A stretch of DNA of 64,000 bases from NCBI GenBank assembly GCA_047495785.1, contig JBLDXI010000009.1:4588001-4652000 (forward strand), written 5' to 3'. Below the pieces are notes generated by a model that ran no database searches, was not told the origin of the DNA, and worked only from the letters and a program-made list of their open reading frames with translations. This DNA comes from Lepidodermella squamata. Its lineage: Eukaryota > Animalia > Gastrotricha. Shown here one piece after another: positions 21,038 to 32,406 of this stretch (position 1 is its first letter; each line of letters starts with the position of its first letter). The translations under genes were made by a program, and so were the position numbers.

Positions 21038-23509
21038 TTAATGTAGAGAAAATGCTGGATGACCGCTGAATTCATCTCTCAGTGCAACTTTTCGCTCATT
21101 TCCCGCCGTCGCAATCAGATGGCTGCAGTGGCACACCTTACTGCCAAACTCCTTCCTAGAATTACTCATAGCTGGGAGAAACTCAAGTCCAAGAGTGGTA
21201 TTTGCTAGGAAGAAAGCGTTGATGCATAACAGCGTCGATTTCAAGTACAAGCTTGGCAGCAAAATTTGGTCAACTACTGTTCCAATGCAGACAGACATAA
21301 CAAACTGAGATAGGGCGATTACGACACAGCTTTTAGCCGCCGTGGCTTCATGCCTTAAGCAGACATCCAAGTTAGAAAGATTGAGACTTTGTGATAAGAA
21401 AACACCCAAAACAAGGGGCAGAAAATTGATTCCTACCAGGCTGGCCATTAAGGCGAAATTTCTCTCTACCGCGCAAACTGACATGGAATAACTCAGATAG
21501 ATATTTGATTCGATATCAAGAATGGCTGGAGTCATTTTGTAGATCAGAGGATGTCGCCGATTACCTTTATCAAGCCCCAAGAACACTCCTGATACAACTA
21601 TGTTCAAAAGCAGGAAAACTGCTCCGCATACAACGGTTTTTCTATCCCTTTCGACATTGTTCAAAACAGGCAGATCTCTGGCTAATGAGCTTCTAGGAGC
21701 GTACAAGCTATTTCGCTTCCTAGTAATTGTGAGATATCTTGCCGTATAAAAACTGCCCAAGGGATTTTGAAACAAATGATGATTCGCTGCATATCTCGTG
21801 TGGGGTACGCCCTGAATAACTGTGATGCATCGGTAAATAGTCACGATTTTCCCGAATATTAAACCAGAAATTATTGCCAGAGCATAAAATGGGAAAATTC
21901 GTTGAACGGTGCAGATGAGGAGAGGATAAGTAGCTGCGTCTATCGTAAATGCAATTGGCATCAGGTTAATCAACAAGCAACCAGCCAATAAAGCAAAATT
22001 TGATATCTTCTGCGAAAAAATGCCATTAGAACTCATCACTACTTTGTAGGTGTATGCGGCATGGCTCAGGAAGAAAGCGAAAGCAATCGATGCAATTGCT
22101 ATGACGAATGCCGTGCCTACGGTAATTTCAACCACTTTCCGTTTCGACAAATCCGGGGGTGGCTGGTTCAGTTTTGTCAACCAAATAGGCTTAGCTATCT
22201 GGGTGAAGTTGTAGAAATTCAAATCGTAAAGCGACGAAGCATTCGACCCAGTAAATAGGCATTGATATAGTATTATAAGGGAGCCATTGACGTATTGACT
22301 GACATACTGAAGTTCGTTGTCGACCTCAAGCCGGTCCGAGTATGTTATCCGGCCTATCCGCAGTCCAATAAAGTCACTCCTTGCTGCTGTTTGATTCACC
22401 ACGCCACCAATCAAGTTGGGGAAATTTTCGAAATCTTGAAGGCTCAGATTGTGAGCTGCTTTCAGCTCAGTATCGGCTTTATGAAGAGTGAGAAGGGCTT
22501 GTTGCATTGTGTCGTGGCATCGATGCCTTCTTTCGTAGTCTGGCGTTCGCGATCCATTCGTTTTTCTGTCCAAAAGCCGCTCAAAACCATCTAGGTCATA
22601 TCCCAAGTCGGTCATTCCATTATTTTCAATTGCCCAATCAACTGGGCCAACCCAAAATGTTATTCTAAGTTGCTCCATTATCATTGATTGTTTACAACCT
22701 GTGGGCAGCTTCACGTCGCTCAATGGGTTGAAGAAAGTTGTTGCGGCGACCAGAAACACATATTGCCAGCCGGATATGTCATTCATGTATGTGAGGCATA
22801 GGAATTGAACAAATTTTGGGATGTCACTGAATTGGACCATAATAACCCGAGCGTCGCTGGATCTGAGATCTAGAGCTACGGCATTGTCCATGTCTACAAC
22901 GCTGCCGAACCATACGACATCGATCCCAGCTTCCACAGCCTTCGAGTACAGCAGCTTTGACCTGATGTAGTCGTTTGAGTTCGCGGCGTTCGAAATGATC
23001 CCGATTTGTTTCCAACGGCCGACTTTGACCGCGAAAAGAAGTTGAGGAATGAGAAAAGCGTCAGTAGGTATATGATTCTTGTACAAGTTGGGAAAATTCA
23101 CGCGATCTCCGGTTACAAGCGGCCCCAAGCAGCTTGTGGCGAACTGGACCATGCTGTGTTGCGACACTATTCTAGCGTTGTTCTGACAGTTTTTGTCATT
23201 GCCGATAATTACGGGGGCAAGAAATTGTTTGCCAGACTGGTTCCAGTTAAGCAGAAACTTTGCGACTTCTCTGGGGCCGAAATTCGAAGCCGGACCCTCA
23301 TCGCGGTAATCGACTGAGATTGAATAACTCGGCAATATATCATTTCTTTCGTTCACAGCGTCAACCGAAACTTGGGCTGCGGCAAGACATGTTTTTCCAT
23401 CTCTTGGCTCACTCCCAGATAGGGGAATCAAAGCGAGGAGCTTCAAGTTGAATGGCTTAGCAGCGAGTGACGAAATGAATATGATGAAGAAAATAAATTT
23501 GCCGAGCAT
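21038..23509 (-). CDS. GABA-B-like class C GPCR, intronless
   Basis: Signal peptide, VNERNDILPSY, FPNLYK, WKQIGII and ARVIMV, then 7TM. Shares RDGKxC, DYERRHxC and YS[E/D]RLEVD with the 17562 gene. Confidence 0.88.
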   Translation of the reverse strand: MLGKFIFFIIFISSLAAKPFNLKLLALIPLSGSEPRDGKTCLAAAQVSVDAVNERNDILPSYSISVDYRDEGPASNFGPREVAKFLLNWNQSGKQFLAPVIIGNDKNCQNNARIVSQHSMVQFATSCLGPLVTGDRVNFPNLYKNHIPTDAFLIPQLLFAVKVGRWKQIGIISNAANSNDYIRSKLLYSKAVEAGIDVVWFGSVVDMDNAVALDLRSSDARVIMVQFSDIPKFVQFLCLTYMNDISGWQYVFLVAATTFFNPLSDVKLPTGCKQSMIMEQLRITFWVGPVDWAIENNGMTDLGYDLDGFERLLDRKTNGSRTPDYERRHRCHDTMQQALLTLHKADTELKAAHNLSLQDFENFPNLIGGVVNQTAARSDFIGLRIGRITYSDRLEVDNELQYVSQYVNGSLIILYQCLFTGSNASSLYDLNFYNFTQIAKPIWLTKLNQPPPDLSKRKVVEITVGTAFVIAIASIAFAFFLSHAAYTYKVVMSSNGIFSQKISNFALLAGCLLINLMPIAFTIDAATYPLLICTVQRIFPFYALAIISGLIFGKIVTIYRCITVIQGVPHTRYAANHHLFQNPLGSFYTARYLTITRKRNSLYAPRSSLARDLPVLNNVERDRKTVVCGAVFLLLNIVVSGVFLGLDKGNRRHPLIYKMTPAILDIESNIYLSYSMSVCAVERNFALMASLVGINFLPLVLGVFLSQSLNLSNLDVCLRHEATAAKSCVVIALSQFVMSVCIGTVVDQILLPSLYLKSTLLCINAFFLANTTLGLEFLPAMSNSRKEFGSKVCHCSHLIATAGNERKVALRDEFSGHPAFSLH

Positions 23510-23654
23510 TTTACCTTACTTCCGTTCAATTTCGAAAATGAGATATTTCACGCCGCGACGCGGAAGTAGCTTCACATTCCTGTTTACAATCAGCTAGGCT
23601 GTTCTTTTGAAACATGTTTACTCGGACACAGATTTTACCTGTCTCTACGTCATA

Positions 23655-23851
23655 CATGGTGGCTAAAAAAAGCCGGCGGGTACGAAGTTCATCGCTTGGA
23701 GTGGGCATCAATTTAATGAGGAGCTTGAAGAAATTGAAGAGTTTGATCGAGGATGCTTGTAATTCTCCAATTTCTTGAAGCTCCTCATTAAAACTAATGC
23801 GCACTCAAATCGATGAACTTCGTCTGCTGCGGCTTTTTTTAGTCACCCTGC
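23655..23851. mobile_element. Hairpin MITE (Tc1-like ends) sharing an internal core with the 15806 MITE
   Basis: TIRs catggtggctaaaaaaagccg..cgaagttcatc and gatgaacttcg..cggctttttttagtcaccctg. Confidence 0.7.
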
Positions 23852-24099
23852 ATAGCCAAAATTAATCGAAATACTGCTTTACAATCTCATAACCGGCCAT
23901 TTTCAAACCGTATTTTCAAGTAAAATGCACAAGATGCGAGAGATTTGGTGTACTTCCGGCCTTTTTGGTGCACTGATATCTTAATTACTATTAGTTTAGT
24001 TCAAGTGAAAATAATCCTGAATAGAGGAAAAGCAAAACATTATGGCGCATAGTGTATTTCTTTGAAAACAGATTATCATTTATTGTTTATTGTGAAAAT

Positions 24100-24304
24100 C
24101 AGGGTGCGATCTTGAATTCTGGAGCTGCCAGAGATGGGGGAAATTGTATTTACTATATTTGCCAAAATAAATTGTTATTTTTCACCAAACGAGCGAAGCG
24201 AGGAATTTTGAAGAACTCGCTTCATAACCTGTCAAAATTGATGAAACAGTGGTCTGGCCGAGCTGGGGAGGATGACCCCCCCTGCCCCTGAGAGTCCGAC
24301 ACTG
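24100..24304. mobile_element. hAT-like MITE
   Basis: Ends cagggtgcga and ccgacactg. Imperfect 8-bp TSD gtgaaaat/atgaaaac. Same ends as 43746-44695 and 53420-53563. Confidence 0.7.
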
Positions 24305-24347
24305 ATGAAAACCAAATGCTTTGAGAATTTATATCGAAGAAAAACGA

Positions 24348-24673
24348 TAGATACGAATAAAGTGGCCCTCAAAATATTTACACAGAGGTGGGGCAATTAA
24401 TTGTGCACTTATCGTTCGAGTAGGCTGGTTTAGCCCTATCTACGTACGCGGTGGAAGCGCGGTTTTTAACTGTGCAGCGTTAGAAATGAGCCGACAAGAA
24501 CGGTTTTATGCAAACAAAGAACGATAATTTAGCGCACTGCAAGAACATATCAGATCATACATCGCGCCATGTCCGGCGGATAAACCAAGTAGAGCCCCAT
24601 AACGTGACTGCACCGAACTGCGAAAGGGCGAGAACTGTTTTTTTTGTGATATCAAGAAAACAGGACAAATTTG
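24348..24673. repeat. About 320-bp dispersed repeat, copy 1 (copy 2 at about 27974-28299)
   Basis: Near-identical agatacgaataaagtggccc...aggacaaatttg in both places. Confidence 0.85.
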
Positions 24674-24764
24674 TGACATCTACTCCGAAAATTGAACGGC
24701 AGAATTGCTGCAGCAGATTATTTGTTCCCAATATATTGCAAGTTTATTTTTCCACAAAAATTCG

Positions 24765-26189
24765 ATGGCACATGATATAGCTTTAGTCTTGAGCTTGCTC
24801 CAACATAAAATTTGGTACTTCATTTTCGTTCTGGTTCCGGTTTACAAACATCGACTGGCAGCATTGTTCGTGAAATACATGCCACAGAAGAAATCATGGG
24901 AAGTTTTAGATAGCAACAACATCGACCTGTCTAAGGGGCCTCTGAGTTCCGAGTTCGGCTTCATGCCAAACCCGTTACACTTGGCCGAAGCTGATAGAAT
25001 GCTTCCTGAAGTTATTCGGGAGGTTATCGCACTAATTCCCGAGTGGTATGCAAATGGAACTGTGCGGAAACGGTTATCAGAGATTCCTAGCTTCTCATGT
25101 GATGGCGTTAGTGGCCTGGCCCTTTTCAGAGCAAAACAGGCGTTGCAAATTATCTCGCAGACATATATCGACTGCGGTCGTCCGATGGAGCAGGTTCTCA
25201 CTGGAACAACAGGAGCTTACATTCCTCCGTTGCCCCCAGCTCTGCAGGAAGAACTGTGGAAGTTGTCGAACACCCTCGATACCTCTTCTCGTTTATCTCT
25301 CCTCGATATTCTGGCCGATGTTAGTTTCACAGACGACTTCCTTCAAAGATTTGCTGCTGGCCAAATAACACTAATCGACGCGCAGTGGAGCGATCTGAAG
25401 CTGTTTGTTGAATGTCTTTCTGGGCTAAGACCTGGCGAGGCTGAAAGTGACCGCGAGCTTCGAGCATTAATTGAAACAAGGTTCCACACACTGGTTGCTC
25501 TGATGTTGTGCAATTCCTCAGATTTTCCGAGAATCATTGCCGAGGTTCAAAAGACAATGCATTTTGCAATGCGAGATGGTACAGATCTTGCAAAGGCTGT
25601 CTCGTCAGTTGTCAAAAATATTGACGAATTGATCGAATCATGGCGGCGAATGACACGAGCGTTTGAGACATTTCAGATGAAAGAATGCCCACCAACGGTT
25701 TGGCACTCCCACATTGCAAAGCTGTCAGCTGGAGCTTTCATGTTCCCGGCTCCTTCCGGTGCTGAATCTATACCCGTTGCAATTTTGGATGTTATGTTAG
25801 GCCGAAGTTCCTACTCAACCGAAATAGGGCAGCTAGCAATTGCTGGTTGGGAAAAGGCTCCCTACAACCATCGTCAATTCCTGGGAGCTGTACAAGCTGG
25901 TCCCCGTTTCACAGATTTTTTGAACTACGTCAGAAGAAATGGCGATAAGCGATCATTTGATTTGTTGAATGATGCAGTTAGCAGGCTATTCAACGAGCAT
26001 GTCAATGAAGGCTTCTTAGCAGCTCATCGCCGTAAGGCCTACTCCTACCTGCATCATGGATTTAAGGCTGGCCAGCGATCTATCACCGGCGGCACATTCT
26101 ATCATCCAAATGATATGAACCCAGCACATAACATACGTGAGGAACTCCAGTTGGCAATCAACGAACGTAACAACCCGGCCTATGGTTAA
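24765..26189 (+). CDS. Indoleamine-2,3-dioxygenase/PrnB-like heme dioxygenase superfamily protein, intronless
   Basis: LSSEFGFMP (compare IDO N-terminal GF[L/M]P), SGAES, HRQFL, a candidate proximal His in HRRKAYSYL, and the ITGGT motif. The start codon is uncertain (24765 or 24879). Confidence 0.72.
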   Translation: MAHDIALVLSLLQHKIWYFIFVLVPVYKHRLAALFVKYMPQKKSWEVLDSNNIDLSKGPLSSEFGFMPNPLHLAEADRMLPEVIREVIALIPEWYANGTVRKRLSEIPSFSCDGVSGLALFRAKQALQIISQTYIDCGRPMEQVLTGTTGAYIPPLPPALQEELWKLSNTLDTSSRLSLLDILADVSFTDDFLQRFAAGQITLIDAQWSDLKLFVECLSGLRPGEAESDRELRALIETRFHTLVALMLCNSSDFPRIIAEVQKTMHFAMRDGTDLAKAVSSVVKNIDELIESWRRMTRAFETFQMKECPPTVWHSHIAKLSAGAFMFPAPSGAESIPVAILDVMLGRSSYSTEIGQLAIAGWEKAPYNHRQFLGAVQAGPRFTDFLNYVRRNGDKRSFDLLNDAVSRLFNEHVNEGFLAAHRRKAYSYLHHGFKAGQRSITGGTFYHPNDMNPAHNIREELQLAINERNNPAYG

Positions 26190-26923
26190 ATCCAGTTTGT
26201 GTGGAGTAAAGTTGCGCCGTTTTCAATGCCGCGGCTATATGGATAACTTGAATGATTTTAATCAGCTTGTATTGATTAACATATTTCTCTTTCATTAACG
26301 ATTTATCCTGTGAAATATACGTATACTACATAGTATTATGTAGTTATAGGCTCCTATTACCAGCCATAACTAGCTCTGATTTTTTTCTCATTTCGATTCC
26401 TGTGATTGAATGCTTCCGATGCATGACCAGTTTTGAAAGAGATTTAACAAATCAAGTGGCTTCTTTCCAACAAAAAACTTCAACTATGATTTTGATGTTG
26501 TTTGAATTATTGAAGTTTCATAAAAAGCATTAACAATGAAACCAGCAGGGATTTAAATAACCATACCAGCCTTCGATAACTCGTTTAAAGGTGATGGGTG
26601 ACTAAGCAGTGACTAAGCAGAAATCTCCAGCACTAATCTCCAGCAGGCTACAATCTTTCTTTGTGGCAATTGTCGAATTCTCATGATATCTGCAATCAAA
26701 TAAGAAGATCTGTGATCGGTACAAGTCTCACTTTAGCTCTCAACTTGTGGAAGCTTCTGTATTTGCAGCCCATTTAGCAATTCCGAACCTCCAATTCCGA
26801 AGGTAAAACAGTATAAAAATAGTAAAATGTATAAAAAGGACATGGGAAAACTTTGAAGCGTTCTTCGATATACCTAAAATTCAACCCCAATAGCATCGAT
26901 ATACCGATATCGGTATATATCGA

Positions 26924-27224
26924 TGTAACGGTGACGAGTTCTCGCAAAAACGGGATCATGACCGACGACCCGACTTGTTTGATGTTAGAATGATTGAGCA
27001 AAAACACACTTCGGAAGGTACGAAACTAAGGCATTTTATTAAGACTAGAGCTATAAGCTACTTTATGATCACCGAAACGGCAGATGATTTAAAAGTATCA
27101 AATTATGCCTTTTTATAGGCACAATGGCATCAAGTTTCTGGCGCGGCTATTGCTGGCACGCGCCAGACAGAAATAACAATTCGTGGCGTGACACGTGCTA
27201 TTTATTAAAGATGTCACCGCCACA
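26924..27224 (-). mobile_element. Solo LTR (301 bp)
   Basis: TG...CA ends (tgtaacggtgac / gtcaccgccaca) with perfect 5-bp TSD atcga at 26919-26923 and 27225-27229. TATAAAA and AATAAA occur on the minus strand. Confidence 0.85.
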
Positions 27225-27245
27225 ATCGAATCGGTACGCAATCGT

Positions 27246-27350
27246 GGGGAGCACTAGCCTAGAGGATAAGGAAGCTAGCCTATGTGCATGAGGTTGTGGG
27301 TTCAACGCCCGCTGACGTCGCCCGAGCAATCCACTGGTGAGTAAAAAAAT
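27246..27350 (+). mobile_element. tRNA-derived SINE head or tRNA pseudogene
   Basis: A-box tagcctagagg and B-box ggttcaacgcc. No complete cloverleaf is evident. Confidence 0.5.
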
Positions 27351-27552
27351 TGCTACTCGAATGCAATTTGAAACAATTGCACTCGAGGCTCTCTGGGGCT
27401 AGAGGTACGGGATGTATGCTCTAGAAGAGGGCGTAGAGATCGAGGTGTGTCGTGGCCCACGATAGCGTCAAGGGGACGCGGTCCTCCCTCAACACTGGCG
27501 TCGTAGTCGGGCCAATCAACGCCCGGCCTCGGCGTTCGGTACACTGAGGTAG

Positions 27553-27737
27553 ATGTCGTTAGCGGCGCGCCAAAACAACCACTTAGATGATTCATTCGAT
27601 CGTACTTAAAGGCGCCGAACGTAATGATAAAGTACGATAGGCCATTTGAGCACTGATTTTTTTCTACTCTCGATCGTACTATCCATATAAAATCTATAAA
27701 TAGTAAAGTGGTTGTTTTGGCGCGCCGCTAACGATGT
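27553..27737. mobile_element. MITE
   Basis: TIRs tcgttagcggcgcgccaaaacaaccactt and aagtggttgttttggcgcgccgctaacga. Confidence 0.75.
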
Positions 27738-27973
27738 ATGCCCACGTGAAATTCAGCCAATGAAGTTCAACCCAATACGCAAAACATTGTGGCACGTATT
27801 CCTTTGTATTCCTTTGAAAACAGATATTATGCGGCATTTATCGTGGAATTCAATGCTATCGTGTCAATGCGATCAAGTCTCGGTCTGGTTCCTGCTACCA
27901 CCTACTTCATATCGAAATCTTTTAGTAGAACATTAGCAGCGCCCTTCAAGATTGTTTTCCGAAGAGAATCGAG

Positions 27974-28299
27974 AGATACGAATAAAGTGGCCCGCAAAAT
28001 ATTTACACAGAGGTGGGGCAATTAATTGTGCACTTATCGTTCGAGTAGGCTGGTTTATAGATACGTGCGCGGTGGAAGCGCGGTTTTTAGTTGTGTAGCG
28101 TTAACTGCGTAGAAATGAGCCGACAAGAACGGTTTTATGCAAACAAAGAACGATAATTTAGCGCACTGCAAGAACTTATCAGACCTTACGTCGCGTCATG
28201 TCCGGCGGATAAACCAAGTAGAGCCCCATAACGTGACAGCACCAAACTGCGAAACAACGAGAACTTTTTTTGTGATATCAAGAAAACAGGACAAATTTG
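27974..28299. repeat. About 320-bp dispersed repeat, copy 2
   Basis: Matches 24348-24673. Confidence 0.85.
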
Positions 28300-29958
28300 A
28301 GTCACGCGGTCAAGCTAGCTAAAAGCTAACATGAAAGCTTAGTCTCATAGCTTCATAGTTCATAGGATTCGGCCGAACGATTGCAAGGAAAAATTTTGGT
28401 GTCATCAATCTGTTCATCATCCGAGCCACTACTGGGCGCTTCGTCCCAGGGAGGCTGTTGAAACTTCCGAACAAAACACCCCGCCTGGCACAAAGCACCA
28501 AGCTTCAGTAATAACTTCTTCTATTCTTTTAATTATTTTAGTATATTCCTACTTTTATTACAATTTTTGGCAAGTGAAGCCCTATTATTGTTTTGGTCAA
28601 TTTGGTTCAATTTATCACAGATTGAAATAATATAAAGAAATCAAATAACTGCCGAAACGACATTGTTTCAACTTCGATTCCTTTTTTGAATTGACCCGAA
28701 TCAAAATGTCCTGGTAGGAGTGTTCCTGCACTAGACGCTAAAAACTCCTCGGAGTTGATATTCACCAGCAAAAATATACTCCGGGAGTTTATTTTGTAGG
28801 GAGTCACTCCTCACTATTACACCGCCGAGAGCATAATACGGCATATGTCAATGACGGCTCACACCCAATGCCACAAATTTGGAGCCAGTTTGATTTATTG
28901 TCGAAAGCACGCATTTTCTCGGCTATTGATATAAATCAGGCTTATTTTCACATGAAAGTGTCCGGCGATTCAAAGCAATATTTAGGGTTCAGATCATCCC
29001 AGGGGTCCTGGACCATGAATAGAATGCCTTTCGGTGCTCAAACCGCCCCGGCCTATTGGAACCGTCTGCTCACGTTCTGCATGACTGGTTTACTGGGCCG
29101 CATCGTCGCCACTTATTTCGACGATATTCTAGTTTTCAGCCCGAATAAAGAACAACATTTTCATGATCTTCGCACCGTGCTTGAGCGCATGCGTAAAATG
29201 AACTTGAAAATTAAGGGTTCAAAATGTCAGCTTTTTCGTCGCTCCATCACCTATCTTGGCCACACTATTAGCCAGGATGGTTTATCTATTTTTCGGGAAC
29301 GCGTTTCGAAGATCCAGAATTTTCCCGTCCCTACGACGGTTAGCGAACTTCGAGCTTTTACCTCGTTAGCCGGATATTATCGGCGATTTATCAAGAATTT
29401 TGCGATGATCGCAGCTCCGTTATACGAGCTACAACGTAAGAACAACTTTCACTGGAATAAGGATGCCGAGAATGCTTTTAAAGAGCTCAAAAAGACGTTG
29501 ATCTCGCCACCTTGTTTGGCCTTTCCTCAGTTTGACAATAAATTTATTCGGGTGCGTGCGATTGACACTCTATAAACGGTAAAACTGCTACTAAAACAGG
29601 CACGCGAATTGCTATTATTTCGCGCGAAGTGTTACATAATAGGTCAAAGTGCGCACGAAACGTCAGGTGTGCTGATAAACAACAAAATGTGACGCTAAAT
29701 ATGGTGGAGGGCTTGTATTTTGATGAAACTGATGTTAATCCGCCAATTCGCTCCTATTTTATGTACTTTTACCATTAATTCCTGTTATCACTATTTTTCA
29801 CGCTCTCAGCTTTTCACCTAGACGTTTAAGATGGCAACAAATTTTTTGATGATGAAAATGAGCAACTCAGCTCATCTGAAGGCGAATCGTCGTCGAATGA
29901 GGACCAGGAGAATGACCAAGATTCGGCAGACCTCAGCGATCAAGGTGATGATGAAGAC

Positions 29959-32406
29959 ATGGGGGCTTCGCAGCGCGGCGGTGTGAGAGGCGGCGAACAA
30001 TGTTGGCGCCTTGCTGGTCGCTTTGCTTCACTGGAAGACGCATCAATTTACGCCACGAAGCTGAACCCAGACGCCAAATGGACCACTGGTCAAAGCTATC
30101 GCACCGCTGACGGCGAGAAGCGATACAAAAACTGCTCTAAATGCGGTCGAGGCGAAAATAAGCAGTGTTTTTCACAAATTCATTACCTGCTACATGCCGA
30201 TTGCATGGACGTGTCAGTTTACGTCAACGACCGCCAACACACTCACACAAAGTAATTTTTTATGAATTTATTTGATATTTTAGAATTATTTTAGATTTTA
30301 GAATTACCCCCACTTGCGTATTTCCCACTTGCGTATCTAAGCTAAAACCAAACTTTAAACAAATTCAAACCTAACCCTAACCCTAACCCTAACCCTAACC
30401 CTAACCTTAACCCTAACCCCAACCCTAACCCTAAACCTAAACCTAAACCTGACCCTAACCCTAACCCTAAACCTAACCCTAAAAAAAGATACGCAAGTGG
30501 GAAATACGCAAGTGGGGTACACCCAGATTTTAATAGATATTTTTAAATTTTTTAAAAACATTAAAAAAAATTTATAATACCTAGTTTACAAAATTCCAAA
30601 ATATTTTTTAATTTTTTTTTAATTTTATTTATCAAGAAACAAAACCCGAGGTTTGCCGGAAGAATTCATCCAAAGGATTAGGGAGGCTTACTTGGAAGGT
30701 GGTTTGACGAAACCTGGGCAGGTCAAAAATTTTCTGACACACAAATTCGGCGCAGAACGAATGAAGACGATTAAAGACGAGAAAATCAAGTATGAATTAC
30801 GCAAAGTGAAAAATGGGAACAAAACGAACACTGCGCCATTCCAGTTATCTGACTTTTACGATTTTGCCGAAAAATACAGCGAAATCGACAAGAATGATCT
30901 AGATAAGCCATTCGTGATGAAACTCGAAGTGAAACCGACCGAAGGCAAGCGGAAGCAGGAGTTCCGGCTCGTTCTTTCCACGCCGCGCCTCATCAGCCAT
31001 CACAAGTTTGCTGGGCCTCTTCATATCGATGCTACCCACAAGTTGAACTGGAAGAATTTGCCTGTAATGCTCGCAGGGACATCTGATAAAGATAATCACT
31101 TTCATCCTACGGCGATCGCCTTGACATCCGGTGAGACTGAGGACGACTTCAAAGCGATTTTCAAGGCCATGAAATCCGGTTATGACCGTGTAATGAGTGA
31201 GTTGTTTGTTTATGTGTTCGCACACTCTTGACTCTCTTGACTCTTGTTTACTTAGGTACTCAAATGCCGACCCCTTCAGTTATCGTGCGCGATGGGGCGA
31301 CTGCTATTGCTAATGCGGCAGACGAAGAGTTCCCTGGTGTGAAGCAGGTCATGTGCTGGGCCCACGTGCTGCGCAACTGCGACAAGCGGTTCTGTTTGGC
31401 ACCAGCTGATCTTCGTGAGGAATTACGCGCTGACATCGATATTATCCAGCTTAGCCGCAGCACGGCTATGTTCGCTGCATCTTCGCAACTGTTCCTTGAC
31501 AAATGGGCTGAGTTGGCGCCGGATTTTGCCGAGTATTTCCGCGAGGAATGGCTCGATAATTCCGTGCGAAATACCTGGTTCGAAGGGTTTGCTGATGGCG
31601 ATCCTTCCACCAACAACGGAAATGAATCCTACAATGATTTGCTGAAGCGACAATTTACGCTCCGCGAGCGGCTGCCCATTGCTCAACTGCTGGCTTTATT
31701 TGTCGAGCGCGTTTTGCCTGCGTGGTCTAGAAACCGAGACATCGAAGACGTTAATTGTAAGACATTTTTCGTTGCGCCCTCAGTCACTGATGCTCTTTGG
31801 CTGGATGCGGTCCACTGGAGCGACCAGAAGATCAAGCAAGTCGAGTTCGAGCATCAGTCTTATTATGTTTTCAGATGGTCAAATGCGTCTGCGATCACCA
31901 AAACTGAAGCTAACACCTACCGACGACAAATGAAATCGTTGAAGTGGGCGGATTTCGACGATTTCAAAGTTTTCGTGCGAGAGCGTTGCCTTCTCACCAA
32001 AATCATGGCGCCCGCGTGCCCATGCGAAGATTTCGTTGCAACTGGCGATTGCCTTCATTCGCATTTTAAATGCTCGTGTTCGGACTATCAAAAGCGCCAC
32101 ATTTGCCATCACTCGCTTGGGATGAGTATCCGCCAGAACTTGGTGACGGTTCCGCCTAAATTCGAGGCCAATGAGCCGGTCGAAGGTCGTCGGGCTGGTG
32201 GCCGGATGAAGAGGGCGGTCAAAGCCTTGTTAGAGCAGCCGGCAGATCGTGTGGCTCGATCGATTTCCACTGAGGCCGGCCGGCCTGCTAAGCCTGCTAA
32301 GCGATCGGCTGTTAAGCGATCGGTCTCCACTACTACTACTGCTTCTACTACTGCTGCTACTAATGACAATTCGTTCACTGCCTCTAAAAAACAGCGGAAA
32401 AATTAA
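29959..32406 (+). CDS. MULE DDE transposase with SWIM zinc finger (spliced; 5' end uncertain)
   Basis: HIDATHK, VRDGATA, CWAH, STNNGNESYN and SWIM CSCSDYQKRHICHH. Introns at about 30252-30636 and about 31190-31256. Confidence 0.85.
30307..30517. mobile_element. MITE with an internal (CCCTAA)n telomere-like array
   Basis: TIRs ccccacttgcgtatttcccacttgcgtatc and gatacgcaagtgggaaatacgcaagtgggg, flanked by TA. The telomeric array spans about 30368-30482. Confidence 0.85.

Noticed and set aside
26924-27224. 5' LTR of the downstream Gypsy element
   Set aside because: It has its own TSD on both sides, the opposite orientation and no similarity to 35350-35611, so it is a separate solo LTR.
27246-27350. 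Functional tRNA gene (also 61445-61560)
   Set aside because: A and B boxes are present but no convincing acceptor stem or cloverleaf, so these were treated as SINE-like.
30355-30561. RV-repeat ORF or a true telomere
   Set aside because: It is a translation of an interstitial (CCCTAA)n array bounded by MITE TIRs inside an intron.
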